A DNA stretch of 61,870 bases, the filler included, from Dimargaris cristalligena (taxonomy: Eukaryota), in NCBI GenBank assembly GCA_003614675.1. It is 21 parts of 21 records of this genome, joined end to end, with 100 filler letters (N's around TTAATTAATTAA, not from the genome) between each part and the next. Parts side by side here need not be neighbours in the genome. Positions count along the whole stretch, not along the records: positions 1 to 2,900 come from ML004084.1; positions 3,001 to 5,783 come from ML004085.1; positions 5,884 to 8,776 come from ML004086.1; positions 8,877 to 11,763 come from ML004087.1; positions 11,864 to 14,743 come from ML004088.1; 16 more parts are not named here. One strand, given 5' to 3'. Positions 1 to 12,486 of this stretch are shown here, in pieces; the first letter of the stretch is position 1; every line of letters starts with the position of its first letter. Both the position numbers and the translations under genes were made by a program. The notes under the pieces were generated by a model, which was given only the letters and a program-made list of their open reading frames with translations, made no database searches and was not told the origin of the DNA.

Positions 1-355
1 GTTGGCTTATTTATCTTACCCTAGTCTTAGTAATATCCTTCCCCCGGGACCTCCCTCTGGAGTTGTCCCTATACATATATAACTAGGCCCCATTGGGACC
101 AGTTAGATTCCTTAGCTTATCCTAACCCCTAGTTTACCCCCAATAAACTTTATATACACTTACTCCCTTTTTACTAACTAGTAAGTGTGCCTACTGCATA
201 TCCCTTACCTATACCTGTACTTATAGCCTTTATTAGTTAGTATGGTGCCTGTACTTAATGCTAGCAGCCTGCTTAGCCAAGCCTAAGCCCCACCTACTAT
301 TAGAAGCCTATCCTTGGGGCTCTTAATAGACTAAGAGTGGTTAACCTGGGTAACA
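1..355 (+). mobile_element. LTR family A, 3' part (truncated by contig start)
   Basis: Aligns by eye with the solo LTR at 34558-35124. Contains TATATAA and AATAAA and ends ...GGTTAACCTGGGTAACA. Confidence 0.85.
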
Positions 356-701
356 AACCCATTTAATATCTTTCAATATTGATACTCTAGTCACTCTATC
401 TTCAGTTTATAATATAGGTGGAATTCAGTGCAGCTGTATAAAGTTTTGAATAATGGATGTATGGGGAAATATGTGGGAGATTCATTTTTAAATAGAGACT
501 TTTACCTCATTTAATAGATTTATCATTATACAGCCTGGTTAAACTTTTTCCATATGTTTTGCTCAAGCCATCCCCAATCAATCTCTCCACAAGAGACAGT
601 AGTATTACCTTTGCCCTCCCAGTCTACATCCCTAAACTAATAGGCATTTAGGCTAACTTCTGTTTCTTGACCATAGTTATCTCAACCTGGTAGGCTATCT
701 C

Positions 702-924
702 TGTTGAAGAATATATTCCTACATATTCTTTATTCTATCCTATTTTTACCCAATTACATTAGTTTATTCTGCTATCATGAGATCATTCATGGTAGCCACT
801 TATATTTCACCCCACAGAAATTACAGTTCAATAAAACTAACCACCTAGAGGTACCTATTGTCCTCTTGCTTCTTTCTTCCCTTACTTCCAGTTTTATTTC
901 CTTTATGACCTTAGTATTTCAACA
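702..924 (+). mobile_element. LTR family C, 223-bp solo LTR-like element
   Basis: TGTTGAA...TTCAACA inverted termini and internal AATAAA. Flanked by ATCTC/ATCTT (5-bp TSD with one C>T). Other copies at 19766-19988 and 60688-60910. Confidence 0.85.
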
Positions 925-959
925 ATCTTTAACCCCTCCCAGATCTCTGGGTCATGTCA

Positions 960-1073
960 TTACACCTGTATCTAATGCTAGTAGCCTACTTAGCTGAGTC
1001 TAAAGCCCCACCTACTTTTAGAAGCCTATCTTCAGGACTCTTGATGGACTAAGGGTAGTTAACTAGGGTGACA
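960..1073 (+). mobile_element. LTR family A, 3' fragment
   Basis: CTAATGCTAGTAGCC...AGAAGCCTATC...GTTAACTAGGGTGACA matches the family A end. The left boundary is approximate. Confidence 0.75.
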
Positions 1074-2900
1074 AATAAAGAAGGCCATATATGTCAGTAT
1101 CCACAGTTTCCATCAAACTAGTTTTAGATAGTAATATATACCAAGGAGAGAAAGAGCAGGGAAGGGGGGTATAACCTTAGCTATTTTCAAATCAAATAGA
1201 ATGAGCATATATTGAAATGTAAAAACACTCTTAGAGCTACAGAATGAGAGAGCCCAGCTAACTAACTAGTCCCCAGTTGCCACCAAACTGACAAATAATC
1301 AATCCACAAATTTACCCATCTTTCCTGTGCCTTCCCAGATTCAATCTTGGCCTTAGTTTTGGCTACTAATACTTCAGTGGGAGTGAGTATCTGACTGGAA
1401 TTGTTGTCTTGGCTCTTGTCATATTACTTAGCAATCAATTTACCACTACTACAACTACTACTATGGTCAGCTTTTTTCAACTTCCTGGATTTTTTACTTT
1501 TTCTATAAGTGGTGGAGTAAGGGGCTATAAAGATGTATAGATGGGACACAATTAGTATATGCAAGAGTTAGGTGAGTTACTTCAATGGGGTATGTCAAGT
1601 CTGAGGGATTAGTGTAGTTCCAGTTTCAATGTAAAATGGGTTTGCCTAATGCAATACTGAGGCAGGAGGTAGAAACCACCCTGGTATTTCATTGGAATAT
1701 ATGTAAACAAATCACCCTGGGATGGAGGTAGAACTTACTTGGTAACTCTCCCACCTTTTCCTTTCAACTTAAGGGAACCCCCAATGAGATTATTGTAGGC
1801 CCTCATGTGGCCCAATGAATTGGACAGTGTGGCATAGCAAAAAAGAAATAGGTTACAAATTCAAGTGATGAGACTGTTGAATTAAGTAAGTAAGATACAC
1901 ATTTTATTAGGGAAATATAGCAAAGGAGATGTAATAAAGAAATATATTAGTGGTAGGAATTCTAGTAAACTGAAGAGCATCTACGGAGCAGCCATAACAC
2001 CTATTATATAGCTAGTCCTAATTCTTATGAAGTATGACTGCCAGTACTCACTAGATATGGGGTCACTCCCATCAATAGTAGAGTTTTTGGGAGAGAGCCA
2101 GTGGACAAGAGGGGGCCGTGATAGCATCCTATCCTATCTGCTTCAGGTGATGAGTGCCTCAGAAGTTGGGTTATTGATATGGTGGACTGGAGGCATTCTT
2201 CATCAATGACCAGGGCTTCTATTTGTCTAACACCCTGGTCATTCTGGTTTTGAGGCATGTCATTGTCAGATAAGGGTGGTATTGCATTGGTATCATTAGG
2301 ACTGTGGTTAGTCATTGGTAAGGATGTAACAAGACAATTGGGTGTAGCTGAAGGGGAGGAGGGAGGGGGAAAACAAATACAGGCTGATTGTGCTTCCATC
2401 TCTTTACTGAGATTTCAAACTAAGGTCAAATAAAGGGATCTAAAAAATGGAGATAGTTGAATAGAAAGAGCTATGCTTAACTAAGTCATGTAAGAAATGT
2501 TACTATCCTAAAGCCCTTTGGTAAGCAGTTGGCATGTTAACCACAATAGGAAAATTGGCAGGTCTTAACACAGTGATTGCAGAAGCACAGGCAAATCACA
2601 GGGTGTGAGGGATACACCTCACTGTAATCACTACTATTTGAACCCAACTTAGTACATAGGCTTGCTACAAGACACCTTCATGCTCTAGCAGGTAATGTCG
2701 CTATTATTGATAAGAAGTTATAGAATGAGTTGATTTATTATTTAATATTAAAACCAAGATGTGATAGTACCAGGTTAGGCACAGTGTATAGTGAACCTTG
2801 GAGAATTCCATACCTGTATGTCATTTTACCAATTTGTTATTCCAAATAGTAAAAAGGGGAGTGAATGGGGAACAATGGTAGGTAGTGTAGGAGATATTGT

Positions 2901-3000
2901 NNNNNNNNNNNNNNNNNNNNNNNNNNNNNNNNNNNNNNNNNNNNTTAATTAATTAANNNNNNNNNNNNNNNNNNNNNNNNNNNNNNNNNNNNNNNNNNNN
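2901..3000. other. Artificial contig-joining linker (first of 20)
   Basis: N44-TTAATTAATTAA-N44 puts stops in all six frames. It recurs at 5784, 8777, 11764, 14744, 17717, 20690, 23658, 26626, 29483, 32441, 35398, 38350, 41301, 44250, 47193, 50136, 53071, 56005 and 58938, and piece lengths decrease almost monotonically. Confidence 0.99.
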
Positions 3001-3177
3001 CAGCCAAACTGTTTGGCGAAGTGGGTGTTGGGCAGATCAAAAGGCTGGAAGTTACTGTAGCCTCATATTACCAATATCCGGGCCAAACAATGGCCACCAC
3101 CATCACCATTGCCATCGTTACAAAACTTGCGATCAATGACGGAGAGTGGCCCTTGCCGAACTGCCAGTTCGATATTA

Positions 3178-3210
3178 GATTTGACTTGATTTGATTTGAT
3201 TTGATTTGAT
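3178..3210. repeat. (GATTT)n microsatellite
   Basis: Directly visible pentamer run with one variant unit. Confidence 0.85.
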
Positions 3211-5233
3211 GCCGGTGAGTCGAGGAACGGGAACAATGCCCATTCCAGCTGACAAACGCTGTTTACCTTTGGTAGTCGAAGAAGAAGGTGGTGGGGGAGT
3301 AGTGGTGTGGTAATAGGAATCTATAATTTAGCCAGACCGTACAATGGCGCTGAAACTGAGGCCTTCTGGGAACCTTCCGAGTTGACCCTCTTATAGAAGG
3401 AGCCAAGGAGGGAGGAGGGGATATTGCCACCAGTCGAGGGCCGGGGGACTCTTGCTCTTAAGGTCAACTATGGAGACAGCCCTGAACCGCTAGATATTAG
3501 CGTCCAACTGTATTTTTTGTTGGTTGGTATCCCAGCCTCGCCCCATTTATAAATCACCGATACTAATATAATATATATATATATATATAATGCGAAGGTG
3601 AAAAGCGTTCATTATTAACGTCAAAAGTAACCACCATTTGCGCAGTGGCCTCCTTTCGTTCACTCGTTCGTTCGTCAGTTCATTCATTCATTCCCGTTTG
3701 CCCTATAGGAACACGATATAGACGGTTGATTGACGCGCGCGGGGAGGAGGGGGGCAGGTCCATCTCCATCGGTTGGCCTCTCCACTCGACTTTCCTTTGA
3801 ACCCGTGTTGGTCCCAAGCCATAGCCCGCGCTGATCCCTTGGATTGTGATCCGTCCTGTCGAGGATTATAGTAGGTGTAATATAGCAGCCCTCCCCCCTT
3901 CTCTCTCTCCCTCCCCCCTGTTTTGCCCGACCCTCCCTCCCTCTTCCTTGTCATTCGTCCATCCCCCACCACCACCCCTTTCTTCTTCCACTTCCCTCTT
4001 TTCAACCTCCCTTTCATTGGATTGCTCCCGTCCCTGATGCTTGGAATAGAGGGTGGTTTATACATACACATATTTAAATATATATATATGTCTATATAAA
4101 CCCGCCCTTTTCCCCTCCTCCATGCACATTTTAACATTACTATCTCCTATTCCTCCATTTACTTGTCATTTCCAGCTAGTAGTTACCCTGACTATTTCCT
4201 CCCAGCAGCCGTTGCCCACCCTTCTACCTACCGACCTGCCTAACTGTGTGTCGCACACATCCCGTGCCCATAGATATATATTGCAACCACTCTCGGTCTC
4301 CTCCTTATCACACCCCTTCCACCAGTAGTGTGGTTTATCAGCGTTACTCTCTCCCTCCATTACTCTTGGTGCCCATTAATCGCCTCACGACCCCTTTAAA
4401 TAGCACTGGGACACCCACCTGATCACACTTGGTTTTACATAAACCCTCTTCTCTCTATTTCCCCAACCCTATACTCCTACCTCTCCACCCCTTTTCCCCT
4501 AACAGCCTGCTTTCATAGCCACTGAAGATAGCTATTAGCCCGGGTGCCCGGATTATAAAGTCTGCCTATCTATCGGTCTATTTATCTATCACAGTGTTCC
4601 TTGACTAAGCTTTGACGGGTGTAAAATCTTGACCGTCTCTTGGTAACAAATCATCAGCCTATTCCTGGTTTTATCCACCCATTTAATACCCTCCCCCGAC
4701 CCCGCTTACTATACATTATCACCGCTGACCTGAAACCTTCCGAACACCGAGGGTTTCGCTGGACTCTATATAGTAGTATAAATCAACCAAGCGCTGTTTT
4801 ATTTTTCGGTCGCCTATTAAAACCACCAGCGGACTTTATCATCACACATTGCATTCTCTCCGCCTTCTTATAGTTTGATTGTTGTCCTTCTCAATCTTCC
4901 GTGTATTGATACCACCAGTCCACGTACTCTGGCCGATATCTTGGCCCTATATTACTCACTTTTACATATATATATCTGGAACTTGTTCGTACATTGTCGT
5001 CATTTTCCTTCCTTGAGTCCCGTTATTGTATTTCTCTTTAAGCCTGTTCACTTTTACACCTCTCTGGCTTTAATATCACACGCCTAGTCACATGTACCAA
5101 AGCGTACCTTTTATATATATATATATATACATACCCACATACACCACTTTCCGGGTCCTTTTCTCCCACTCGCCCTTCTCCTCAGTCATTTTTTGTCCCC
5201 CCCTTCACTTTATATTCCATTGACCTGCCTACC

Positions 5234-5783
5234 ATGGCTGCCGTCTTACGTCCCACCCACCACCACCGTAAACGCAAAGGGATACCCATTCGGAGTCCCC
5301 GTAAGGATGACGACCTACACTACCAACCCGGCGTTATTTTCAAATTCCCCTTAGTCCCTGCGGAATTGTCGGTTTTTGAACTCGACGACTGCCGTCTCTC
5401 CCCCTGGCTCTTGGCGGGTACCTGGCCGGCCCGGTCCACGACCAAGTTTAACCCCCACCACTCTATCCTAGACACTTCAGTAGAGGCCAGCGGCGGTGTC
5501 CCCAACCCCTCCTATACCAACGGGACTTCCGCGGGTCCCGCGCCTTCAACCGGGACCTCTGCTGCTGCTTTGCCAACTGACAAGTCTCACCTTACTAAAC
5601 GGTCCGCTGCGGACGCTCACCTGACCACCAACCACGGCACCTCTAAACTTAAACGTTCCGTACCCGCGCCTTCCTCCTCCTCTAATACTAATAATGGTCG
5701 TAAGGCCCGCTCCGCTAGCGTAGCCAGTCGGGAAAGTCCCCGTATTCGGCCTCGCGGCAGTACGGCGACCCACCACACTAATA
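5234..5783 (+). CDS. Hypothetical protein, 5' part (basic N-terminus, Ser/Thr/Pro-rich); possibly a transcription regulator
   Basis: ACCATGG start context and an open frame to the contig end with gene-like GC/CpG content. NLS-like HRKRK. No recognisable domain within the window. Confidence 0.65.
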
Positions 5784-5883
5784 NNNNNNNNNNNNNNNNN
5801 NNNNNNNNNNNNNNNNNNNNNNNNNNNTTAATTAATTAANNNNNNNNNNNNNNNNNNNNNNNNNNNNNNNNNNNNNNNNNNNN

Positions 5884-5982
5884 ACCTCTTGGAACAGCAA
5901 GTCTATCATCACCTTTCCCTTTTTATCACCTATCTTTTTGAATAAAGTTCAGTTTTTAAGGATTTGAGTTCAGTTCTTTACA
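5884..5982 (+). mobile_element. LTR family B, 3' end
   Basis: ...AATAAAGTTCAG...GTTCAGTTCTTTACA is shared with the starts of the pieces at 20790-20850 and 32541-32653. Similarity stops right after TTTACA. Confidence 0.7.
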
Positions 5983-6605
5983 GGGAGGTTAAGTAGCATA
6001 AAATCCGGTGACTACATTAGATATTATCTTAATAAAATAACAAACTGTAATATTAAATAAACCCTTAATTTTTAGGGGCTGGTGGGCTTTATCATAATAC
6101 CCATGACATTACCAAATCACAGGGATATCTTTATGTAGCTATTTTATTGAGGTAGGGCAACCCCCATCCATATTGGATATAACCATCATCTACTTCTAAG
6201 GTACCAGAGGGTGCACATGGATATTATGGAGGTGGTCTGTGGATGGTGGGGGTATCTATGAAGCATTAACACAGATTAGCAAGTAGATGACTCCATGTTT
6301 GACAGTTTGATAAAATCAAGCACAATCTATATAATTACTATTTCTGTTCCAGCCATTATAATACTCCTAAACCCAAATAAATATCTCAGGCTTTTTAGTT
6401 CAATACCAAAATGACTACTCCTGCTCAATAGTTTGTCATTTCAGTTGACCATAGCTGTTATCACTGCATCATCACATTTAAAAATATTAATAGGACAGAG
6501 TTAGGGTTTTACTTACAAAGGAATATAATTTTTAAACTTACAGAGAGGACCCATATCAATATAAATGTGTCCCTCTTAAAAAAATATATATTTCAAGAGC
6601 TGCAC

Positions 6606-7155
6606 TATCAGCCCTCTTAATCCTACCTAAATACAGGAGTACTGATTGTCCCATCCTATCTTGCCTTATAGTGCTATATTACCCCACTTCCCCTCATATA
6701 ATCCCCTAGGACCAGCCCCAATGCTTCACACACAACACTCTGCCAATTGATACAATGGCCCCCCGGTTCCCATGAGAGTCTTCTGGAAGCAAGGACACCT
6801 GGTCAGGCCCCTCCCTTATTCTTAACTAGTCTTCATTATATTCTCCTTGGGACCTCTTATCATAAACAGTCCCCACATATAAATAGCTGGGCCCCTCTGG
6901 GACCAGTTAGTTCCTTAGCTTATTCCTACCTCTATAGTTTACCTCCAATAAACTTGCTATACACTCACCCATTGTACTGACTAGTAAGTATGCCCACTGC
7001 ATGACCCTTGCATTAGCCTACACTTATCTTTTATTGGTTAGTACTGATCCCACCCTGACACTAGTAGCCTGCTTGGCTGAGTCTAAGCCCTATCTACCAT
7101 TAGAAGCCTACCCCCGGGACTCTTGACAGACTAAGAGTGGTTAATCCAGGTGATA
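6606..7155 (+). mobile_element. LTR family A, decayed solo LTR
   Basis: Termini TATCAGCCCTC...GGTGATA are transition-mutated versions of TGTCGGCCCTC...GGTGACA. Flanks TGCAC/TACAC form a 5-bp TSD with one G>A. Confidence 0.8.
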
Positions 7156-8175
7156 TACACATTATCCAACTAGAAGATAATGCTATTACTATATCTACTA
7201 ATATTATCTAACCAATAATATTTTGTATAATAATATTTTTCTGGTAGTGCCATCAAAGTTGATGTTACTCTTGTGACCATAAGTGCATGTTAGTAGTAAT
7301 TATACTTATTCTACTCACCACCCATGCAGGTTGCTGTATGTTAAACAATCAATATTTTCAGTGGCCAATGTCTTATTGGTATTATAAAGTACAGACTGGT
7401 TGCTGATTATCAAGCAAAAAGGCCAACCAATACAGCTGATGAAGGCCATTGAAATCAGTTGAGTCATATGTATTCTATAGCCATATACAGTATAAATGTG
7501 TGCATTGGTACTATTTCTAGCCCACTATTCCCCATTGGCATGCCTTTGGATTGCTCTAAAGGGGCCAAGACCCACTAATGCATATCCTTGTTATTTTACT
7601 GTTAAACCCAATACCATGACTATAGTGTGATACTATCATTCCATGTGTTATATACTGGTGAAGTGCGGCGCAACAGTGTGGGATTTAAAATGTAATATTT
7701 AGACGATAGCAACAATACCCCAGCTTGATCTGAAAATATCCAACCCTACCAATGCATATTTTATTATTTCAATTGGTTGAATCTCCACACCTGACAGTGG
7801 CTGCAATCCTCATAAAATAGGTGACATTAGTGACCATATAATCCCAATTTTAAAGTATTACGGATGGCCAGGCATTTCTCATTTATTGAGACTTCTAGTT
7901 ATTCGTTAAGTGCACTATAGTCAACTATATATTTATTCATTTTAACTGAGGCCCAGACGAGGGTGCAAAAATTGAAAAATTGTAATATATACTACATAAA
8001 ATTGATATACAAGAACTTTTGGGAGGGCTGGCGGTAAAACCCAAACCAATAATGATTAACCTAGTGCCACCTTGGACTTGCTCATGGCACCACTTCATAC
8101 TCCGCCACATTCAATGGGAGGGAGGGTGGTCATCGATAGATTTATTGAATTCCCATGGCCCTGTGGAGGGTCGAG

Positions 8176-8451
8176 CTAAGCTACAGCCCCACCACTCTTG
8201 GCGGCAATCTTAGCCTCATACATGGTGATCTTGTCCTGAGTTTCTTGAACCTTAGTTAAGAGATCCTGCAATTCCAGCTGCACATTTTTCAACAGAGATT
8301 CATCGGATTGGAAAACATCAAAAATGCCCTGGCGTTGAATATTGGCAAGATGATTAGGGGATTTGGTGTTGGTTTCGGGTTGGGCAGAGGTGAGGGTGGT
8401 GGCCAGAATGGCAACAGTAGCCAGAGTAGTGATGGCAACATTGAAGCACAT
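8176..8451 (-). CDS. Small putative secreted protein (91 aa) with C-terminal coiled coil
   Basis: MCFNVAITTLATVAILATTLTSA-QP looks like a signal peptide. Heptad-like LLKNVQLELQDLLTKVQETQDKI. ACCATG context and a TATA-like TTATATATAA about 90 nt upstream. Confidence 0.6.
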   Translation of the reverse strand: MCFNVAITTLATVAILATTLTSAQPETNTKSPNHLANIQRQGIFDVFQSDESLLKNVQLELQDLLTKVQETQDKITMYEAKIAAKSGGAVA

Positions 8452-9541
8452 GGTAAAGGAGTCAAGGGGAGGTGGTGTGGTAAGGTGGAGTGTCCCCTTG
8501 ATTGCCACAGGTATGAATTATTACTATTTGATTATTATATTTATATATAAGGTATGAAGCGGCTTTTTTGTCTGGTATATCCAGTTTTTTTCCCTTCCCT
8601 TTGTTGTAGTCATGATTAATACCACAAGGTAATATAGCCTGATAACCTTTTCAGGGCCAACTGGAGCAGTCTCGGTCTAGTGGGAAAAACTAACTAACTA
8701 AGGGAAACGCGCACTCGGCGAGGATAATTCTTATCTGATCTTCAGATAGGGACAACTAGGGCAACTGGGGATCACANNNNNNNNNNNNNNNNNNNNNNNN
8801 NNNNNNNNNNNNNNNNNNNNTTAATTAATTAANNNNNNNNNNNNNNNNNNNNNNNNNNNNNNNNNNNNNNNNNNNNCGAATCTCCGAGACTACTGCTAGG
8901 CATATTTGGCATGGTGATATATTCCTGCATTTTCTTTTAACAACCGAACCTACCATCACCATCTAACCGAATGCCCTGACCAACTATTGGTATTCTCTCT
9001 GACATGTTTATGATTAAAGCTAGCCTTGGCCTTGAATTAGGTATGCCCCTCCACTGCCATTTGGTATATTCGTGATTCCGCATATATCTTTGGCTGCTCC
9101 GATTCATCCTGTCTCCAAAATCACCACCTCTCAGATAACAATTAATGTGAATAGTGTGTTATTCGCGTTTCTTCCTTCCAAGAAGCGGTATGTTTCTTTT
9201 AATGCCGAACCTCTGACGAGACCATGATAGTCACTTCATACGTACTGCTAAGGTACCCAAGATTAAACAAAGGATGTTGTTATTTTTTTTAACAAAAACA
9301 AAGAATAGTTATATATAATAGAGCACATTGCTTGGTATAAAGAGCAGGTCAAAAGTTTACATGGGCGTTTTTGTGTAGTCCCATAATGTAAATATATTTA
9401 TTTTGTGGATCAAACTGATCGAGATGCTCCAGCAACTCAACTACCAAAAATAAGAAGAATATAACAACAGTTGCAGCGCCAACCCGATGTCTACTATATA
9501 TCTACTAGAAGGGGAAACCAGTCGGGGCCCCCGGAGAGAGC

Positions 9542-10245
9542 CTAGTCCGATTCCCGCGACCGCATGTACCAGTCAATGGCCGTTGAGAAGGCGCCAATAC
9601 CGACACACCCAACCGCCACCGCTTTCGGGCCCGAGCGCGCCGCGAGTACGCCACCCGTGATACAACCGGCGGTCATACTATTGTATAGATCATTCTTAGC
9701 CCGGTAGGACTCAATGACACATTCGGTACCGGAAAAAATGGCGGCCATCACGGCGAACCCCTTGGCCGAACTCCAGCTCCGGGTCCCCATGTCCCGAAGC
9801 GTGGCCTTCACCTGTTGTTTGGTGGTTTGGGTCGAGTCGACGGGTGCGGCGAAATCCAAACTACTCATGACGAGACCAAAGACACCACCGAGACCGAAAC
9901 CTAAAATGACCCCACCAGACACATGCACACACATTCACATACGAATACCAAGGGAAATGCGGTATATAATTTGAACCGGGAGAGGGGTATAGAAAGATGC
10001 CATGGAGTTAATAGTGGAAAGTCGCGGCCCCGTTTAGGGGAAGGTAGGGGAGGCACCGGTGTACTAGCGGTAGTACGGTGGACAGCACTAGAAAGGTAAT
10101 TAAAATTATGTGCATCAAATCGAGACGAACCTTCTAGGTTGGGTTACTTACCGACAACGCCGCTCATGCCGAATTTGAAGAGGCAGGACTCCATGACTTC
10201 GTTGGCCACGGCCTGTTCATTGGATACGGGGGGTCGACCAGCCAT
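9542..10245 (-). CDS. TIM22: Mitochondrial inner membrane translocase subunit Tim22 (2 exons: 10245-10152, 9900-9542)
   Basis: MESCLFKFGMSGVV|GFGLGGVFGL...SSAKGFAVMAAIFSGTECVIESYRAKNDLYN...GCITGG. The GTAAGT...TTTTAG intron at 10151-9901 joins the exons in frame. Confidence 0.95.
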
Positions 10246-11024
10246 ATTGCACTATTTAATCTATTGACCGTAGGGCTGGGGGGATTCAGTTGGATCGTGA
10301 GCGTGGAGAGTGGTAAAAGGGAAAGAAAAGCCCAATGGTGGCCCTTAGCGTCAATGAAGCAAACTGTAGAAAGACTGCGGAGGCGGTCGGGCGGATCCGG
10401 TTGCAAATGGGGGTGAAGGGTTCGCTTCGGATAGTGAAATGGGGACAACCGAATGGGGCTTTTTATACTAGATAAAAAAGGGGAATGTATATGAATTGGA
10501 GGAGGAATGAAGAGGCCTGCGGCTATGTCAGTTTGACCTAGTGCTGGGGATATGAAGTCGGTGGAGTCTCCTCCTCCAGGTCTACCTACTATACCTACAA
10601 CTACTAGAAGCCATTATTCATGTTGGCAGCAAGGGTCCAAAAACAAAAAAAAGACTGATATTTCCACATGGAGACGTCCGCTACATTGCTGCGTATTGGT
10701 AAGCTTGAAGAGCGGTTGGGGCCAATCATATGGCTCACTAGTAATGCCTTCTTCAATCATTGTCATACGTATATAGCCGCAGTTGGATTAGCCACCTGTG
10801 GTAAACGCAGTTCAATTACCATAACCATACACTTTAAACACGGCTGGGCTTCGTCTGGTGGTTTGCATTTATATTTAATACATATGGCATTTCAAGGACT
10901 AGATAGTAAAACATCAGTAAAAACAATACTGTGTGATATGACAATGTTCCTAATGTTAACACAAATTAAATGGTGCCAAGCACGTCAACAGATCAATAGA
11001 GGGGCACGCGGAGAAGGGGGGCGG

Positions 11025-11763
11025 CTAAGAGGAGGTTTGTTTGAGAGCCCGGCCCTTTTGGCGATTCTTAGGCTGGGCCTTTTTGGCCGTTTTGGCTAGG
11101 GCATTCATCGCCCGTAACTCGGTGATATTTCCCTTGACGAACACATACAACTTGGCCGGGGATTTTTGAATCTCCTCATTGCCACCCACGGACATTCCCT
11201 CCTTATACCCCAGGGTGCGACGGTGTTCGTAACCGGGGAACAATTCGGCCCGGAACGGCATGGTGGTTTGGCACACCAACTTCCGCGTGGAAACCGCCAA
11301 ATCCCGCACGCGCCATTCATCGTAGGGCAGTCCCGTTTTGGTGGCGATATGGATTTTCCCCGGGGCCAGATCCGTCTCGGGGTAAAGTTCGGGGTCGGTG
11401 AGGAACGGTATAGCACTCTTCAGGAAACCCAGAATGAGGGACCGGTTGCCATGGATATTGATGTCGACATCCTTGATACCCGAACCCGTGTGCGGGAAAT
11501 TGAAGATGATGTGGGTGAACCGCTGGTTACGGAGGACTTTGTACTTGGCTAAATCAGTGGCGTCCACGCTGTAGAGCACCGTCCCTGACCGATTGAGGAT
11601 CTCCTTGGTGTGGCCCTCGGCGTCGGGGTACTTTTCTTGGACGACCTCTTCGCTATCATAGGCAGTGGCCGTAATATGGTGGGCGGTATGAAGGACATCG
11701 GTCACGGCCCGGGAGAAACTAAAGTTACCTTCACCGACGGTGAGAATATGGTCGTTCATCGTA
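11025..11763 (-). CDS. BMT5: 25S rRNA (uridine-N3)-methyltransferase BMT5-like (DUF2431), probably 5'-truncated
   Basis: Motifs ILTVGEGNFSFS, ATAYDS, VDAT, IIFNFPH and FPGYEHRRTLG. Confidence 0.9.
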
Positions 11764-12486
11764 NNNNNNNNNNNNNNNNNNNNNNNNNNNNNNNNNNNNN
11801 NNNNNNNTTAATTAATTAANNNNNNNNNNNNNNNNNNNNNNNNNNNNNNNNNNNNNNNNNNNNATCCGAGATTGATAATAAAGCTTAAGTCAAAATTAGA
11901 TAAAAGTAGGAAAGAACCGCAAGGAGATGATTAAGCTCTCCGCGATAGTTTTATTAGGGAAAATCTGACCAATAGGAGGCCAGTAAGCATGTACCGCATC
12001 GGGAAGAATATTCCACACTCGGGATGAAATGGTTTTCTAACAAAAATTTGTTTCTCTTTCTCCTTTTATACCTTCCTACCAGCTGACCCTATCGGTTTAT
12101 TCTATTTTTCCAGTCAAGATTTATCTCTGCTGTGTTCTTTACACGTGTGCACGATGATTTTTCGGATATTATAGACCACGGAGTTGTCCATTGTGCGAAA
12201 TAAAAATCACCAATAAATAACAAAACGTCAACGGCATCTATTAACGATAATGTAGTAGTCGACTGGTTTCATTGACCAGAATACTTGAGGGCAAATTTAT
12301 TGAGGAAAAAGCATTCCTAAGTGGCTGGTCCGGAACGAAGCAATTATTCATGGGCCACTTTGGGCTGCCTCCAAGTCTATTGGGCCCTCACCCCCATTGA
12401 AGCGGGCAAGCCACTTTCACTTCGGGGCTCTTTTGAATTTGCCTCGTTACCCTTTTCCCTCTTTGCTTATCGTCCATTTGTAAACC

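Noticed and set aside
704-997. Thrice-repeated MKNIFL... ORF (also 19693-19986 and 60627-60854) as a gene family
   Set aside because: It has a non-ATG start and coincides with the 223-bp LTR-like family C element.
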